A stretch of DNA of 64,000 nt from Flavobacteriales bacterium UBA6772 (lineage in GTDB: Bacteria > Bacteroidota > Bacteroidia > Flavobacteriales > Flavobacteriaceae): contig CAJIYW010000005.1 of NCBI GenBank assembly GCA_905181765.1, positions 183,837 through 247,836 of the forward strand, given 5' to 3'. The position numbers and the translations under genes were made by a program. The notes below the pieces were generated by a model that saw nothing but the letters and a program-made list of their open reading frames with translations, made no database searches and was not told the DNA's origin. Positions 11,198 through 20,828 of this stretch are shown in pieces; position 1 is the stretch's first letter; the number at the start of each line of letters is the position of its first letter.

Positions 11198-12289
11198 ATG
11201 CACTTTTTAATTCTATTAATTCAGCTTGCTGTTTTTTTATTTCTTTTAAAACAAAGAAGTAATAAAAATAAATTTCATTTAGATTATTTTCTTGCACATA
11301 TATTCTGTCTTATCTTAATAATCCTAATTTATATCCCAATTAAACACTTAGGTTTCGAGATAACAAATACGTATTTTCATTTAGGACACATCTTTACAAC
11401 CATGTCCCTTATTTTTATTATTTTTAATATTGAGACTTCCCTTAAAGGTTATAAAGTCAATAAAAAAAAGTTTATTTATTTTGTAGCAGTAGTATTTACG
11501 CTTTGTTTCCTTCTGTTTTATTCAGAAAATTACATTCTTAATTATTCCACAAGGCAAACTGTTTTTTATGATATAAAAATACCCGACCCTTTAGTCTATA
11601 ATGAAATGGTTTTTTTGCATCAAGGAATAAAATTCATTTTAGGTATGTATCTTTTAATTGTATTTCGATTGAACATAAAAAAATCAATTAATATAAAGAA
11701 AAAAAGAATTTATTCTTTGTGGGTATATAGCTTAACAATTTGTGGTTTTGTATGCATGGTTTTAAATGCTACCCTAGTTTATGGTTTTTTAGATCAGGAG
11801 TATGATTCGCTTCTTTTTAATATCATCAATATTTTTATCGGAATTAATCTAATTTTTTTTACCTTATTTCCCTCTGTAATTTTTTATAGCCCAGTAATAA
11901 TTAAAGCTGTTTTTGTATCTTCAACCGAAGATGTTACCAACTTTTCAATTATAAAATTATTTTTTGATAACGAAAAAAAATATCTAAACCCATTATTATC
12001 TCTTAGGTTTATTTCAAAGAATACGGGTCTTAATGAAGCTGAGATTAGAAGTTGTATTAAAAATAATACAAACCTAAATTTCAATGAATTTGTAAATCAA
12101 TATAGAGTCAATTATGCGATAAAATTAATGGAGTCTGGTTTTTTAGAGAATCATGTGATGAATTCTATTGCTGAAAAATCTGGTTTTAACTCTCCGCAAA
12201 CCTTTTATCGCTCTTTTGCGAAGTTTCATTCGATCTCTCCCTCGAAATACTATAAAAAGAATGTTCTTAGTAATTGGACATCTGAATAG
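11198..12289 (+). CDS. Membrane-anchored AraC-family transcriptional regulator
   Basis: Multiple hydrophobic helices, then YLNPLLSL...NFNEFVNQYRVNYA...SIAEKSGFNSPQTFYRSFAKFHSISPSKY. Confidence 0.9.
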   Translation: MHFLILLIQLAVFLFLLKQRSNKNKFHLDYFLAHIFCLILIILIYIPIKHLGFEITNTYFHLGHIFTTMSLIFIIFNIETSLKGYKVNKKKFIYFVAVVFTLCFLLFYSENYILNYSTRQTVFYDIKIPDPLVYNEMVFLHQGIKFILGMYLLIVFRLNIKKSINIKKKRIYSLWVYSLTICGFVCMVLNATLVYGFLDQEYDSLLFNIINIFIGINLIFFTLFPSVIFYSPVIIKAVFVSSTEDVTNFSIIKLFFDNEKKYLNPLLSLRFISKNTGLNEAEIRSCIKNNTNLNFNEFVNQYRVNYAIKLMESGFLENHVMNSIAEKSGFNSPQTFYRSFAKFHSISPSKYYKKNVLSNWTSE

Positions 12290-12468
12290 TTTGTTATTCG
12301 TTTATCTACTTAATAAGTTCCATATTATTTTTTGAGATAAATTGCCTTTTTATAAAGGTGTGAATATGTGCTAGAATATTTATATAAATTAATTTTTATA
12401 AGAATTTTACCTTTAAAAAGGTAGTGATTATGAAGGTTTTAGAAGATACTCAAAAAATTCAGTTCAAT

Positions 12469-12514
12469 ACTCATAATCAGAGGGTCCTTGGTTCGAGCCC
12501 AAGTGGGACCACTT
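12469..12514 (+). repeat. Second tRNA(CAU) 3'-end copy (att scar), exact from the anticodon loop
   Basis: ACTCATAATCAGAGGGTCCTTGGTTCGAGCCCAAGTGGGACCACTT; then hairpin 12519-12558 and tandem TGTACGAT repeat 12571-12589. Confidence 0.9.
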
Positions 12515-12794
12515 TTAAAAACCTCATCATCATGATTATCATAGAGTTGAGGTTTTTTAATTTCCAAATCTGTACGATTATTGTACGATAAAATTCAGTA
12601 ACCCCTAAAATAGGGTTGTTCTAGACCTGCAGTTGATACATTAGCTGCATCAGGAAAAACGCCTTTGCCTCCTGGTGTATCTTATACATCAACTAGTGAT
12701 GGCGAAAGTATGGCTTAAGTAAGAATTGAAGCAGTAACAACTTCAGGCTCAAGAAAATTAAATATTTCTAGAATATTTAGCTTAATTTGCGGCT

Positions 12795-14037
12795 ATGAAA
12801 AAATTACTTCTTTTACTTGTCAGTTTTGTTTGTTGTGTCTTGTTCATCAGACACAGAAGAACTTGCACCAGTTATTAAATATACGCTAACAACATCTGTT
12901 AACCCTTCAACTGCAGGAACAATAACTCCAGCTAGTGGGCAACATATTGAAGGTACAATAGTTGAACTTACTGCAATTCCAAATGTAAAATGGGAGTTTA
13001 AAGAATGGGCAGGAGATTTAACAGGTACAGATAATCCTAAAGAAATTATTTGGAACAATTCTAAAACAATAACAGCAATATTTGAGGAACAATCTCCTTT
13101 TTATTTAGATGAAAATGGGGTCACTATTAAAGCAAGGGATTGGGTTACAGCAGGAACTGCAGGAGAATTAGGTGGCGTTACTTACACTGCTGTAGATATA
13201 GCTCAATTAGAATTAATGTTTTCTAAAGAAGAGGATGTTTCTAAAGTGGTTACTACACTAATAACAGATATGTCGGATTTGTTAGTAAATGCTCCGATAG
13301 AAGAACGTGCTTTTCAACCTGGGCTCGTACTATTTAATCCTGACATTTCTTCTTGGGATGTAAGTAATGTAACCAATATGTCTAATATGTTTGGTACGAA
13401 AGGATATTCTGATACCCTAAACAGAGATAATTACTATGAAGTTTATTTTAATCAAGATATAAGCAAATGGGACGTAAGTAAAGTGACTAATATGAGCGGA
13501 ATGTTTAACAATGCTATTTATTTTAATCAAAATATAGGTGAATGGGATGTAAGTCAGGTTACGGATATGAGTTTATTGTTTGGTGGAGGGGAAACTTCTG
13601 GTTCATCTAATTTTAATCAAGATATTGGAAGTTGGGATGTGAGTAAAGTTACTAATATGGAAAAAATGTTTGCTTTTTCTAAGGCTTTTAATCAAGATAT
13701 AGGTAATTGGGATGTAAGTAATGTAACTAATATGTCATTGATGTTTGCAGGGAGGTATTCCGCAAGATCTAATTTCAATCAAGATATTGGAAGTTGGAAT
13801 GTGAGTAAGGTAACTAAAATGAATCAGATGTTTAACTTTTCAACATTCAATCAAAATATTGGTGCTTGGGACGTGAGTAGTGTTAATGATATGTATGCTA
13901 TGTTTTATCAAGCTACTGCTTTCAATCAAGATATATCTAATTGGTGTGTTACAAATATTGTTTCAGAACCAACTTATTTTAGCACTTCCTCTCCACTATC
14001 TGAAAGTAATAAACCTGTTTGGGGTACTTGTCCATAG
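12795..14037 (+). CDS. BspA/DUF285 lipoprotein with InlB B-repeat-like domain (1-nt frameshift in signal peptide)
   Basis: MKKLLLL/LSVLFVVSC lipobox; YTLTTSVNP..AGTITP..G....GT.VELTAIP...WEF.EW.GD; FNQDIG.WDVS.VTNM repeats; ends [10 protein letters not shown]...[15 protein letters not shown]. Confidence 0.88.
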
Positions 14038-14095
14038 GTATATCTTCCTCTTTTAATTCAGGGAGTTCTATACCATGTAAGTAGGGTAAACTTAC
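14033..14095 (-). pseudogene. Tyrosine integrase 3'-tail fragment A
   Basis: Minus strand reads VSLPYLHGIELPELKEEDIPM; homologous to B and C. Confidence 0.65.
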
Positions 14096-14160
14096 ATTTT
14101 TTTATTGGAATTTGCACTATTTATCAATTCCTTCTATCTTTACTTCAAAATAATTAGATT

Positions 14161-14460
14161 ATGCCTACACTCGTCTTCGCTAAATTCGCTATTAACGACC
14201 ACGTCGGGTATTCACGCTATGTTGAGCTCGCTACACCTATATTTGTGCGAGAAAAGGTGATAATTCACGCATCCGATGAAGAGCCGCAAGCTTTGTCTCC
14301 TGATATGCAAGCCGATAAGGTTGTGCTTCTTGAATTTAGAGACCACTCCCATTTTAAGCACTTCTTCTCTCAGATTGATTATATAGAAGCTGCGAAAATT
14401 CGTGATGCAGCTTCAACGATTTCAGCTACAGTTTTTGAACGATTTGAGATGCCAAAGTAA
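14161..14460 (+). CDS. DUF1330-family protein
   Basis: 99 aa, Y..Y...A.PIF....KVVLLEF......FF...DY.EAAKIR pattern. Confidence 0.7.
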   Translation: MPTLVFAKFAINDHVGYSRYVELATPIFVREKVIIHASDEEPQALSPDMQADKVVLLEFRDHSHFKHFFSQIDYIEAAKIRDAASTISATVFERFEMPK

Positions 14461-14567
14461 TCTTCCTGCTCTCAATATCACTTTATTTTAAAAATCTGAC
14501 AGAATCTTATTTATGGCGGATAAAAGAATTAATAAAAAAGAAATTTAAATAATTATTAAATTACTTA

Positions 14568-14621
14568 CTAAACCATAGGCATATCTTCTTCTTTCAATTC
14601 AGCTACTTCTAAGCCTTTTAA
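14568..14621 (-). pseudogene. Tyrosine integrase 3'-tail fragment B
   Basis: Minus strand reads LKGLEVAELKEEDMPMV*. Confidence 0.65.
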
Positions 14622-14699
14622 TATAGAACCACACTAATGATATTATTGAGTTTTATAATAATGTTTATATTTGAATCAACTAACTTAAAATAATCTTAT

Positions 14700-14891
14700 A
14701 TGCCATTTACTACAATAAAAGTTATTGAAAATGTATTCACCAACGAACAGAAAAAAGAGATGCTCAAAAAAGTTACAGAGGCTTTGATTGACGTCTGTGG
14801 TGAAAAAACAAGAAAAGGACAATGGGTTGTAATTGATGAGGTTAAAAAAGGAAATTGGTCAATTGGTGGTGAAATTGCTAATCCAAAATAG
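14700..14891 (+). CDS. 4-oxalocrotonate tautomerase family protein
   Basis: 63 aa, catalytic Pro after Met, EQKKE.....T.A......WVVIDEV....WSIGG. Confidence 0.9.
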   Translation: MPFTTIKVIENVFTNEQKKEMLKKVTEALIDVCGEKTRKGQWVVIDEVKKGNWSIGGEIANPK

Positions 14892-14988
14892 TAGGCATAT
14901 CTTCTTCCTTCAGTTCAGCTATTTCTAAACCTCTTTAGCTTAAACTAACATTTATAGACGAATGCTCCATAGCTTTCTTTAGCTTGGT
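14878..14988 (-). pseudogene. Tyrosine integrase 3'-tail fragment C (decayed box II)
   Basis: Minus strand reads TKLKKAMEHSSINVSLS*RGLEIAELKEEDMPTILD*, matching the LGHxxxxxTxxY box II pattern. Confidence 0.7.
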
Positions 14989-15050
14989 TTATATTTTTAA
15001 AAGTGGAATTATTATGTGTAGTAAAACAAGCTTTAAAAAAAAGAATTGTA

Positions 15051-15406
15051 TTAGTATTCTAGGCGTTCTTTTACTAATCTATATTTTCTGACTGATATTG
15101 GAATTATTTTATTATTATATAATAAACAGTAATGGCCATCTTAGGTTTTTGTCAATACAAATAAGATGTTCTAGGTTTACAATATAGCTTTTGTGAACTC
15201 TCAAGAATTCATTGTTTTTTAATAGAATTTCAAATGCACCAATACTTTTGGACGCAAATACTTCCTCAGAATTTTTTAAACTTATAATTGTTTTCTTTAT
15301 GGTCTGATTTTAGATAAATAATGTTAGATATAGTTATAATTTGAATTCCATTGTTAATTGTATGAACTGCTATTTGTTCCAATTTTGGACTAGGATTGTC
15401 AGTCAT
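15051..15406 (-). CDS. Stand-alone LytTR DNA-binding protein, frameshifted (missed by the ORF track)
   Basis: MTDNPSPKLEQIAVHTINNGIQIITISNIIYLKSD / ASKSIGAFEILLKNNEFLRVHKSYIVNLEHL / HYCLLYNNKIIPISVRKYRLVKERLEY*. Confidence 0.8.
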
Positions 15407-15677
15407 TTGAAAATACTATTAGTCTTCAAATTTACTTTAATCCTTAATTCATAGCTTAGAAACTCAATAAATGACGTTTTTTTGTAATAAGTGATTGTTT
15501 TTCTGTGTCTTTGAAAAGAAGCTTTTATTTGCCTTATCTAAATAGTAAAGAAACCAATTTAAAACTTTTATGAATAGTCTTTTAAGGTTTTTCAGAGGTT
15601 TAAAAAGTATACTTTTTAAACTTATATTGATTTTAATAGCATTAAATAGGATTTTATTTACAGAATATAAATAATCA

Positions 15678-16016
15678 TTAATAATGAAGATGCTCTTTAA
15701 CTTTGCTGAATTTTCTATTAGAGATAGGAATCATTTTGTCATTGAATAAAACGCAGTGCTGCCCACCTGAATCTCTAATAATTTGATTGAGATGCTGAAA
15801 GTTTACAATATAACTGTTGTGTACCCTAATAAAATTAATATCTTTAAAAAGCTCTTCATAGATTCCAAGATTTTTACAAGCTACTAAAGATGTATTATCT
15901 TTTAAGTTAATAATTGTATATCTCCCTTCAGATTTTAAATACAAGATGTCTGGTAGCATTACAACTCTAATTCCAGAATTAGCTGTTTTTACAGCTATTT
16001 GAGTTCTTACTTTCAT
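15678..16016 (-). CDS. Stand-alone LytTR DNA-binding protein
   Basis: ILYLKSEGRYTII...KNLG.YEE...FIRVHNSYIVN...IPISNRK; no receiver domain. Confidence 0.9.
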   Translation of the reverse strand: MKVRTQIAVKTANSGIRVVMLPDILYLKSEGRYTIINLKDNTSLVACKNLGIYEELFKDINFIRVHNSYIVNFQHLNQIIRDSGGQHCVLFNDKMIPISNRKFSKVKEHLHY

Positions 16017-16600
16017 GTCTTTTTTTTTGTAACCTATCTTATTAAAATAAAAATTTAGAATATTATTAAAAAAGTAATGCCATCGTTTAAGATGACGTAT
16101 TAAAGGATATTTCTAAGTAATGATTGTTCTTTGTAATACCCGTATTCATTTTTAATATAATCGATGGTTAAGTTTTAGTAAAAGTAATTTTACAAGGCTG
16201 TTTTATTGTTCTTTATTTAGGCAAAATATGTTTCTAGATATGTTTTTTGTTCTTTTTTTGTTCTTTTTTATTCTTTTTTAGGATTCTTAACAAATTAACA
16301 AGCATTTCTATTTATTGTGTTGTTTTAAGAACAGCTCATTAAAGATTTTCAATTTATAAAGTTGAAGTCCATAGTGTTTTCTGTAAAAAGGGATATTCTA
16401 AAACGAACACAAAGAATGCAAGTGTAAGAGTGTTTTTAAGCAGTGTTGATTTTGTTAGAGTGTCAGATAGCGCAAGGCATGTAATAGAAGGTTAGTAAGG
16501 AATTATCCATACCTAAATTATATTATTTTAGTAAAATTGTATAGGAATACATTTCTTTACAATCAATACTAGTTTTTTGTTTAGAGACGTTTCTATTATT

Positions 16601-17188
16601 CTACTTATTGTTTGTTAATCTGCTAACATATTTTCCAATTACATCGAACTCTAAATTAACGGTATCCGTTAATGCTAAATTCTTAAAAGAAGTATTGTTG
16701 TAAGTGTAAGGTATAATTGCAACACTAAAAGAAGTGTCTGTAGAATTTATTACGGTTAAACTTACACCATTTACTGTTATAGATCCTTTTTCTATTGTAA
16801 TATTGTTTTGTTCTGAATAATAGGTAAACGTAAAAACAGTGCTTCCGTTTTGATTTTCTATAGCTGTGCAGGTGCCAGTTTCGTCCACATGTCCTTGCAC
16901 AATGTGTCCATCAAGTCTATCTCCAAGTTTCATTCCACGTTCTAAGTTTACAAAAGAATTTATTTGAAAACTCCCAACAGTTGTTTTATCTAAAGTTTCT
17001 TTTATCGCTGTTACAGTATATTCATCATCCTTAATGCCAACTACCGTTAAACAAACACCATTATGAGCAATACTCTGGTCTATCTTTAACTCACTAGTAA
17101 TAGTGCTTTTAATTGTTAAGTGAAGGTTTTCTTGTTCTTTAACTAAGTTTGTAATTTCCCCAAGTGTCTCAATAATTCCTGTAAACAT
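16601..17188 (-). CDS. ribE: Riboflavin synthase alpha chain
   Basis: MFTGIIE N-terminus, GVCLTV, GDRLDGHIVQGHVD. Confidence 0.97.
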   Translation of the reverse strand: MFTGIIETLGEITNLVKEQENLHLTIKSTITSELKIDQSIAHNGVCLTVVGIKDDEYTVTAIKETLDKTTVGSFQINSFVNLERGMKLGDRLDGHIVQGHVDETGTCTAIENQNGSTVFTFTYYSEQNNITIEKGSITVNGVSLTVINSTDTSFSVAIIPYTYNNTSFKNLALTDTVNLEFDVIGKYVSRLTNNK

Positions 17189-17245
17189 TTCCCTAAATTT
17201 TAGTTACTTTTGTAGAATACCAAAATTAAGTATATTACAAGAGTT

Positions 17246-18287
17246 ATGGGGGATAAAACTGATAAAATAATTGTTGGAATTTCAATAGGAGATTTAAACG
17301 GAATAGGAATAGAGGTTATTCTAAAAACTTTTGAAGATAAAAGAATGCTAGATTTTTGTACACCTGTTTTATTTGGGTCCACCAAAGTAATCTCATATCA
17401 TAAGAAAGCTTTAGACATCGAACTACCTGTGCATGGGATTTCTGCAATAAGTCAATTAAATCACTCAAAAATAAACGTTCTAAATATTTGGAAAGAAGAG
17501 ATCTCTATTGAATTAGGTCAGGCAACTAAAATCTTCAGGAACCTATGCAGCCAAATCTTTAGAAGAAGCTGTTAAGTCTTTAAAAGAAGGCTCTATAGAT
17601 GTTTTATTAACTGCGCCTATTAATAAGGAAACAATTCAGTCAGAAAGTTTTAATTTTCCTGGACATACAGAATATTTAGAAGCTCATTTAGAAGGGGATA
17701 GTTTAATGATTTTAATGACAGATCAATTAAAAATTGGTTTAATTACCGGCCATATTCCTATTTCAAAGGTTGCAGAAGCAATTACCCCAGCGCTTATTAA
17801 AGAAAAAGTAGAAACAATGCATGCGTCTTTGAAAAGTGATTTTGGAATTACAAAACCAAAAATTGCCGTTTTAGCACTAAACCCGCATTGCGGGGATAAG
17901 GGAGTAATAGGTGAAGAAGATGATGCAATAATAAAACCTACTATTGATGAAATTAAGGAATCTGGAAAGTTAGTTTTTGGGCCATATGCGGCAGATGGTT
18001 TCTTTGGCTCTGAAACATACAAGCAGTTTGATGGTGTTTTGGCAACTTACCATGACCAAGGTTTGGCACCTTTTAAAGCATTGTCATTTGGCAACGGTGT
18101 TAATTTTACAGCAGGTTTAAATGAAATTAGAACTTCGCCAGATCATGGCACTGGCTTTGATATTGCAGGAAAAAATATAGCAAACCCTTCTTCTTTTAAA
18201 GAAGCACTGTTTGCTGCAATTACTATTTTTAAAACAAGAAATGAATACAAAACACTTACTAGAAACCCGCTTTTAGTGAAGCATTAA
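17246..18287 (+). CDS. pdxA: 4-hydroxythreonine-4-phosphate dehydrogenase (frameshift ~17530)
   Basis: GDLNGIG.EV, TAPINKE, FPGHTEYL, LNPHCGD, YHDQGL, RTSPDHGT. Confidence 0.95.
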
Positions 18288-18368
18288 AAATAAAATTCTT
18301 TTTTTGAAAGAAAAGAGTGTATAAAAACAATTTTTTATATCTTTGCACGCTCAATTTGATGTTTGATA

Positions 18369-18896
18369 ATGAAAGACTTGAAAGAATTCAACATACCATT
18401 TGTAGGATTAAAGGAAGGAAAGCATTTATTTCAATATAAAGTTGACAATACGTTCTTTGAGTTATACAATTATAACGAGTTTGAAAAGTCTTCAATAAAC
18501 GTTACTTTAGAGTTTGTAAAAAAAAGCACATTATTTGAGCTTGAGTTTACAGCCTCAGGAACTGTAAATGTTCCTTGTGATGTTACAAATGAGTATTTTG
18601 ATTTAGAAATTACAGCAACTTTGCCGTTGGTAGTAAAATTTGGACAAGAATACAATGATGAGAATGAAGAGATTTTAATCTTGCCACATGAAGTATACCA
18701 ATTTAGTGTAGCGCAATTTATTTATGAAATGATTGTGTTAGGAATTCCAAATAAAAGAGTGCATCCAAAAGTATTAGATGGCACGATGGAAACTGAAGCA
18801 TTAGAACAATTAGAAATAAAAGAAGAGAAAACTGTTGAAACAACAGACCCAAGGTGGGATAAATTAAAGAATTTAATAACAGAAAAAAAGACATAA
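18369..18896 (+). CDS. DUF177/YceD family protein
   Basis: [20 protein letters not shown]; directly upstream of rpmF; TATCTTTG promoter at 18338. Confidence 0.9.
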   Translation: MKDLKEFNIPFVGLKEGKHLFQYKVDNTFFELYNYNEFEKSSINVTLEFVKKSTLFELEFTASGTVNVPCDVTNEYFDLEITATLPLVVKFGQEYNDENEEILILPHEVYQFSVAQFIYEMIVLGIPNKRVHPKVLDGTMETEALEQLEIKEEKTVETTDPRWDKLKNLITEKKT

Positions 18897-18897
18897 A

Positions 18898-19092
18898 ATG
18901 GCACATCCTAAAAGAAAAATATCCAAAACTAGAAGAGATAAAAGGAGAACGCATTATAAGGCATCTGATCAACAGATCGCTACAGATCCTACAACAGGTG
19001 AAGCGCACTTATATCACAGAGCTCACTGGCATGAAGGTAAACTTTATTACAGAGGACAAATAGTATTAGAATCTGCAGTTGTAGAGGCTTAA
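18898..19092 (+). CDS. rpmF: 50S ribosomal protein L32
   Basis: [22 protein letters not shown]. Confidence 0.98.
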   Translation: MAHPKRKISKTRRDKRRTHYKASDQQIATDPTTGEAHLYHRAHWHEGKLYYRGQIVLESAVVEA

Positions 19093-19114
19093 AAAAAAGA
19101 ATTTATTTACAGAG

Positions 19115-19139
19115 AAAACCCTCATTTTGAGGGTTTTTT
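19115..19139 (+). terminator. Intrinsic terminator
   Basis: AAAACCCTCA-TTT-TGAGGGTTTTTT. Confidence 0.75.
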
Positions 19140-19246
19140 CGTGTTTTTAGACTAAATTTCATCGTTTTTGATAACTTTTACACCTAAAAGTGAAATAAAT
19201 TTCATTTCTTTGAATTTCCTAAACATTGGGATAATAAACTAATATT

Positions 19247-20242
19247 ATGACAAAAATCACTGCAGCAATATCAGCAGTTGGGAAGTATGTTCCTGAATAC
19301 GTTTTAACAAATAAAGAGTTAGAATCTTATGTAGAGACCAATGACGAATGGATTACCTCTAGAACAGGAATTAAAGAGAGAAGAATTTTAAAAGGAGAGG
19401 GTTTAGGAACTTCCTTTATGGCTATTAAAGCTTCTGAAGATTTGATTAAAAAATCGAATATAGATCCAAAAGAAATAGATTTGGTAATCGTTGCAACTGC
19501 AACTCCAGATTTACCTATTGCAAGTACTGCTGCTTATGTAGCTACAGAAATAGGTGCTACAAATGCTTTTGGTTATGATTTGCAAGCTGCATGTTCTAGT
19601 TTCTTATATGGTATGTCTACTGCTAGTGCTTATATAGCTTCTGGTAGGTATAAAAAAGTGCTTTTAATTGGTGCAGATAAAATGTCTTCTATTATAGATT
19701 ATTCAGACAGAGCAACGTGTATCATTTTTGGTGATGGAGCAGGAGCTGTTCTATTTGAACCAAATAATGAAGGTTTAGGTCTGCAAGATGAATACTTAAG
19801 AAGTGATGGAGTAGGAAGAGACTTTTTAAGAATTGAAGCGGGAGGATCGCAAATGCCAACTACAGCAGAAACTGTAGCTAATAAAAAACATTTTGTGTAT
19901 CAAGAAGGAAAAACAGTTTTTAAGTATGCTGTTTCTAATATGGCAGACGTTGCAGAAAAAATGTTGACTAGAAATAATTTAACAGAGCCAGATATTCAAT
20001 GGTTAGTTGCGCATCAAGCAAATAAAAGAATCATAGAAGCTACCGCTAAAAGAGTAGGAGTTCCTGCAGAAAAAGTGATGATAAATATTCATAAATATGG
20101 AAATACTACATCAGCAACTTTACCACTTTTATTAGCCGATTACGAAAGTCAATTAAAAAAAGGAGATAATTTAATTTTTGCCGCATTTGGTGGTGGTTTC
20201 ACATGGGGAGCTGCGTATTTAAAGTGGGGATATAATTCATAA
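19247..20242 (+). CDS. fabH: Beta-ketoacyl-ACP synthase III
   Basis: AACSSF, HQANKRI, GNTTSA motifs. Confidence 0.97.
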   Translation: MTKITAAISAVGKYVPEYVLTNKELESYVETNDEWITSRTGIKERRILKGEGLGTSFMAIKASEDLIKKSNIDPKEIDLVIVATATPDLPIASTAAYVATEIGATNAFGYDLQAACSSFLYGMSTASAYIASGRYKKVLLIGADKMSSIIDYSDRATCIIFGDGAGAVLFEPNNEGLGLQDEYLRSDGVGRDFLRIEAGGSQMPTTAETVANKKHFVYQEGKTVFKYAVSNMADVAEKMLTRNNLTEPDIQWLVAHQANKRIIEATAKRVGVPAEKVMINIHKYGNTTSATLPLLLADYESQLKKGDNLIFAAFGGGFTWGAAYLKWGYNS

Positions 20243-20267
20243 TAATAACAACTAAACAATAAGAAAA

Positions 20268-20738
20268 ATGGATATTAAGGAAATTCAAAATCTTATAAAA
20301 TTTGTAGCTAAATCTGGCGCTAGCGAGGTGAAGTTAGAAATAAAAGATGTAAAAATTACAATTAAAACAGGTTCAGGAACAACAGAAACTACTATTGTTC
20401 AAGCTGCACCTATGCAAGGTATGCCACAAGTGGCAGCGCCAACAATTGCTACTCCAGTAGCCCAGCAATCTGCACAAGCTGTTAGTGAAGATTCTAAATA
20501 CATTACTATTAAGTCTCCAATAATTGGTACTTTTTACAGAAAACCATCTCCTGATAAGCCAAATTTTGCAGAGGTTGGTACAGAAGTTAAGATTGGTGAT
20601 ACGGTATGTGTTATTGAGGCTATGAAATTATTTAATGAAATTGAATCTGAAATTTCAGGTAAAATTATTAAAGTTTTAGTTGACGATTCTTCCCCTGTAG
20701 AATTTGATCAACCATTATTTTTGGTAGATCCGTCATAG
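20268..20738 (+). CDS. accB: Acetyl-CoA carboxylase biotin carboxyl carrier protein
   Basis: EAMKLFNEI biotinylation motif. Confidence 0.97.
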   Translation: MDIKEIQNLIKFVAKSGASEVKLEIKDVKITIKTGSGTTETTIVQAAPMQGMPQVAAPTIATPVAQQSAQAVSEDSKYITIKSPIIGTFYRKPSPDKPNFAEVGTEVKIGDTVCVIEAMKLFNEIESEISGKIIKVLVDDSSPVEFDQPLFLVDPS

Positions 20739-20828
20739 TGAGATTAGAAGTTAGAAACTAGGTATTAGAGAATGTATTCTGTTATATCTAAAAAAATCTA
20801 AAAGTCTAATATCTAAAAATAAAACAAG

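Noticed and set aside
12623-12755. Coding-like fragment RPAVDTLAASGKTPLPPGVSYTSTSDG after the third tRNA copy
   Set aside because: No start, internal stop, too short to assign; probably island debris
14033-14988. Classical integron attC sites
   Set aside because: No RYYYAAC...GTTRRRY imperfect palindromes and no IntI; the repeats are protein-coding remnants
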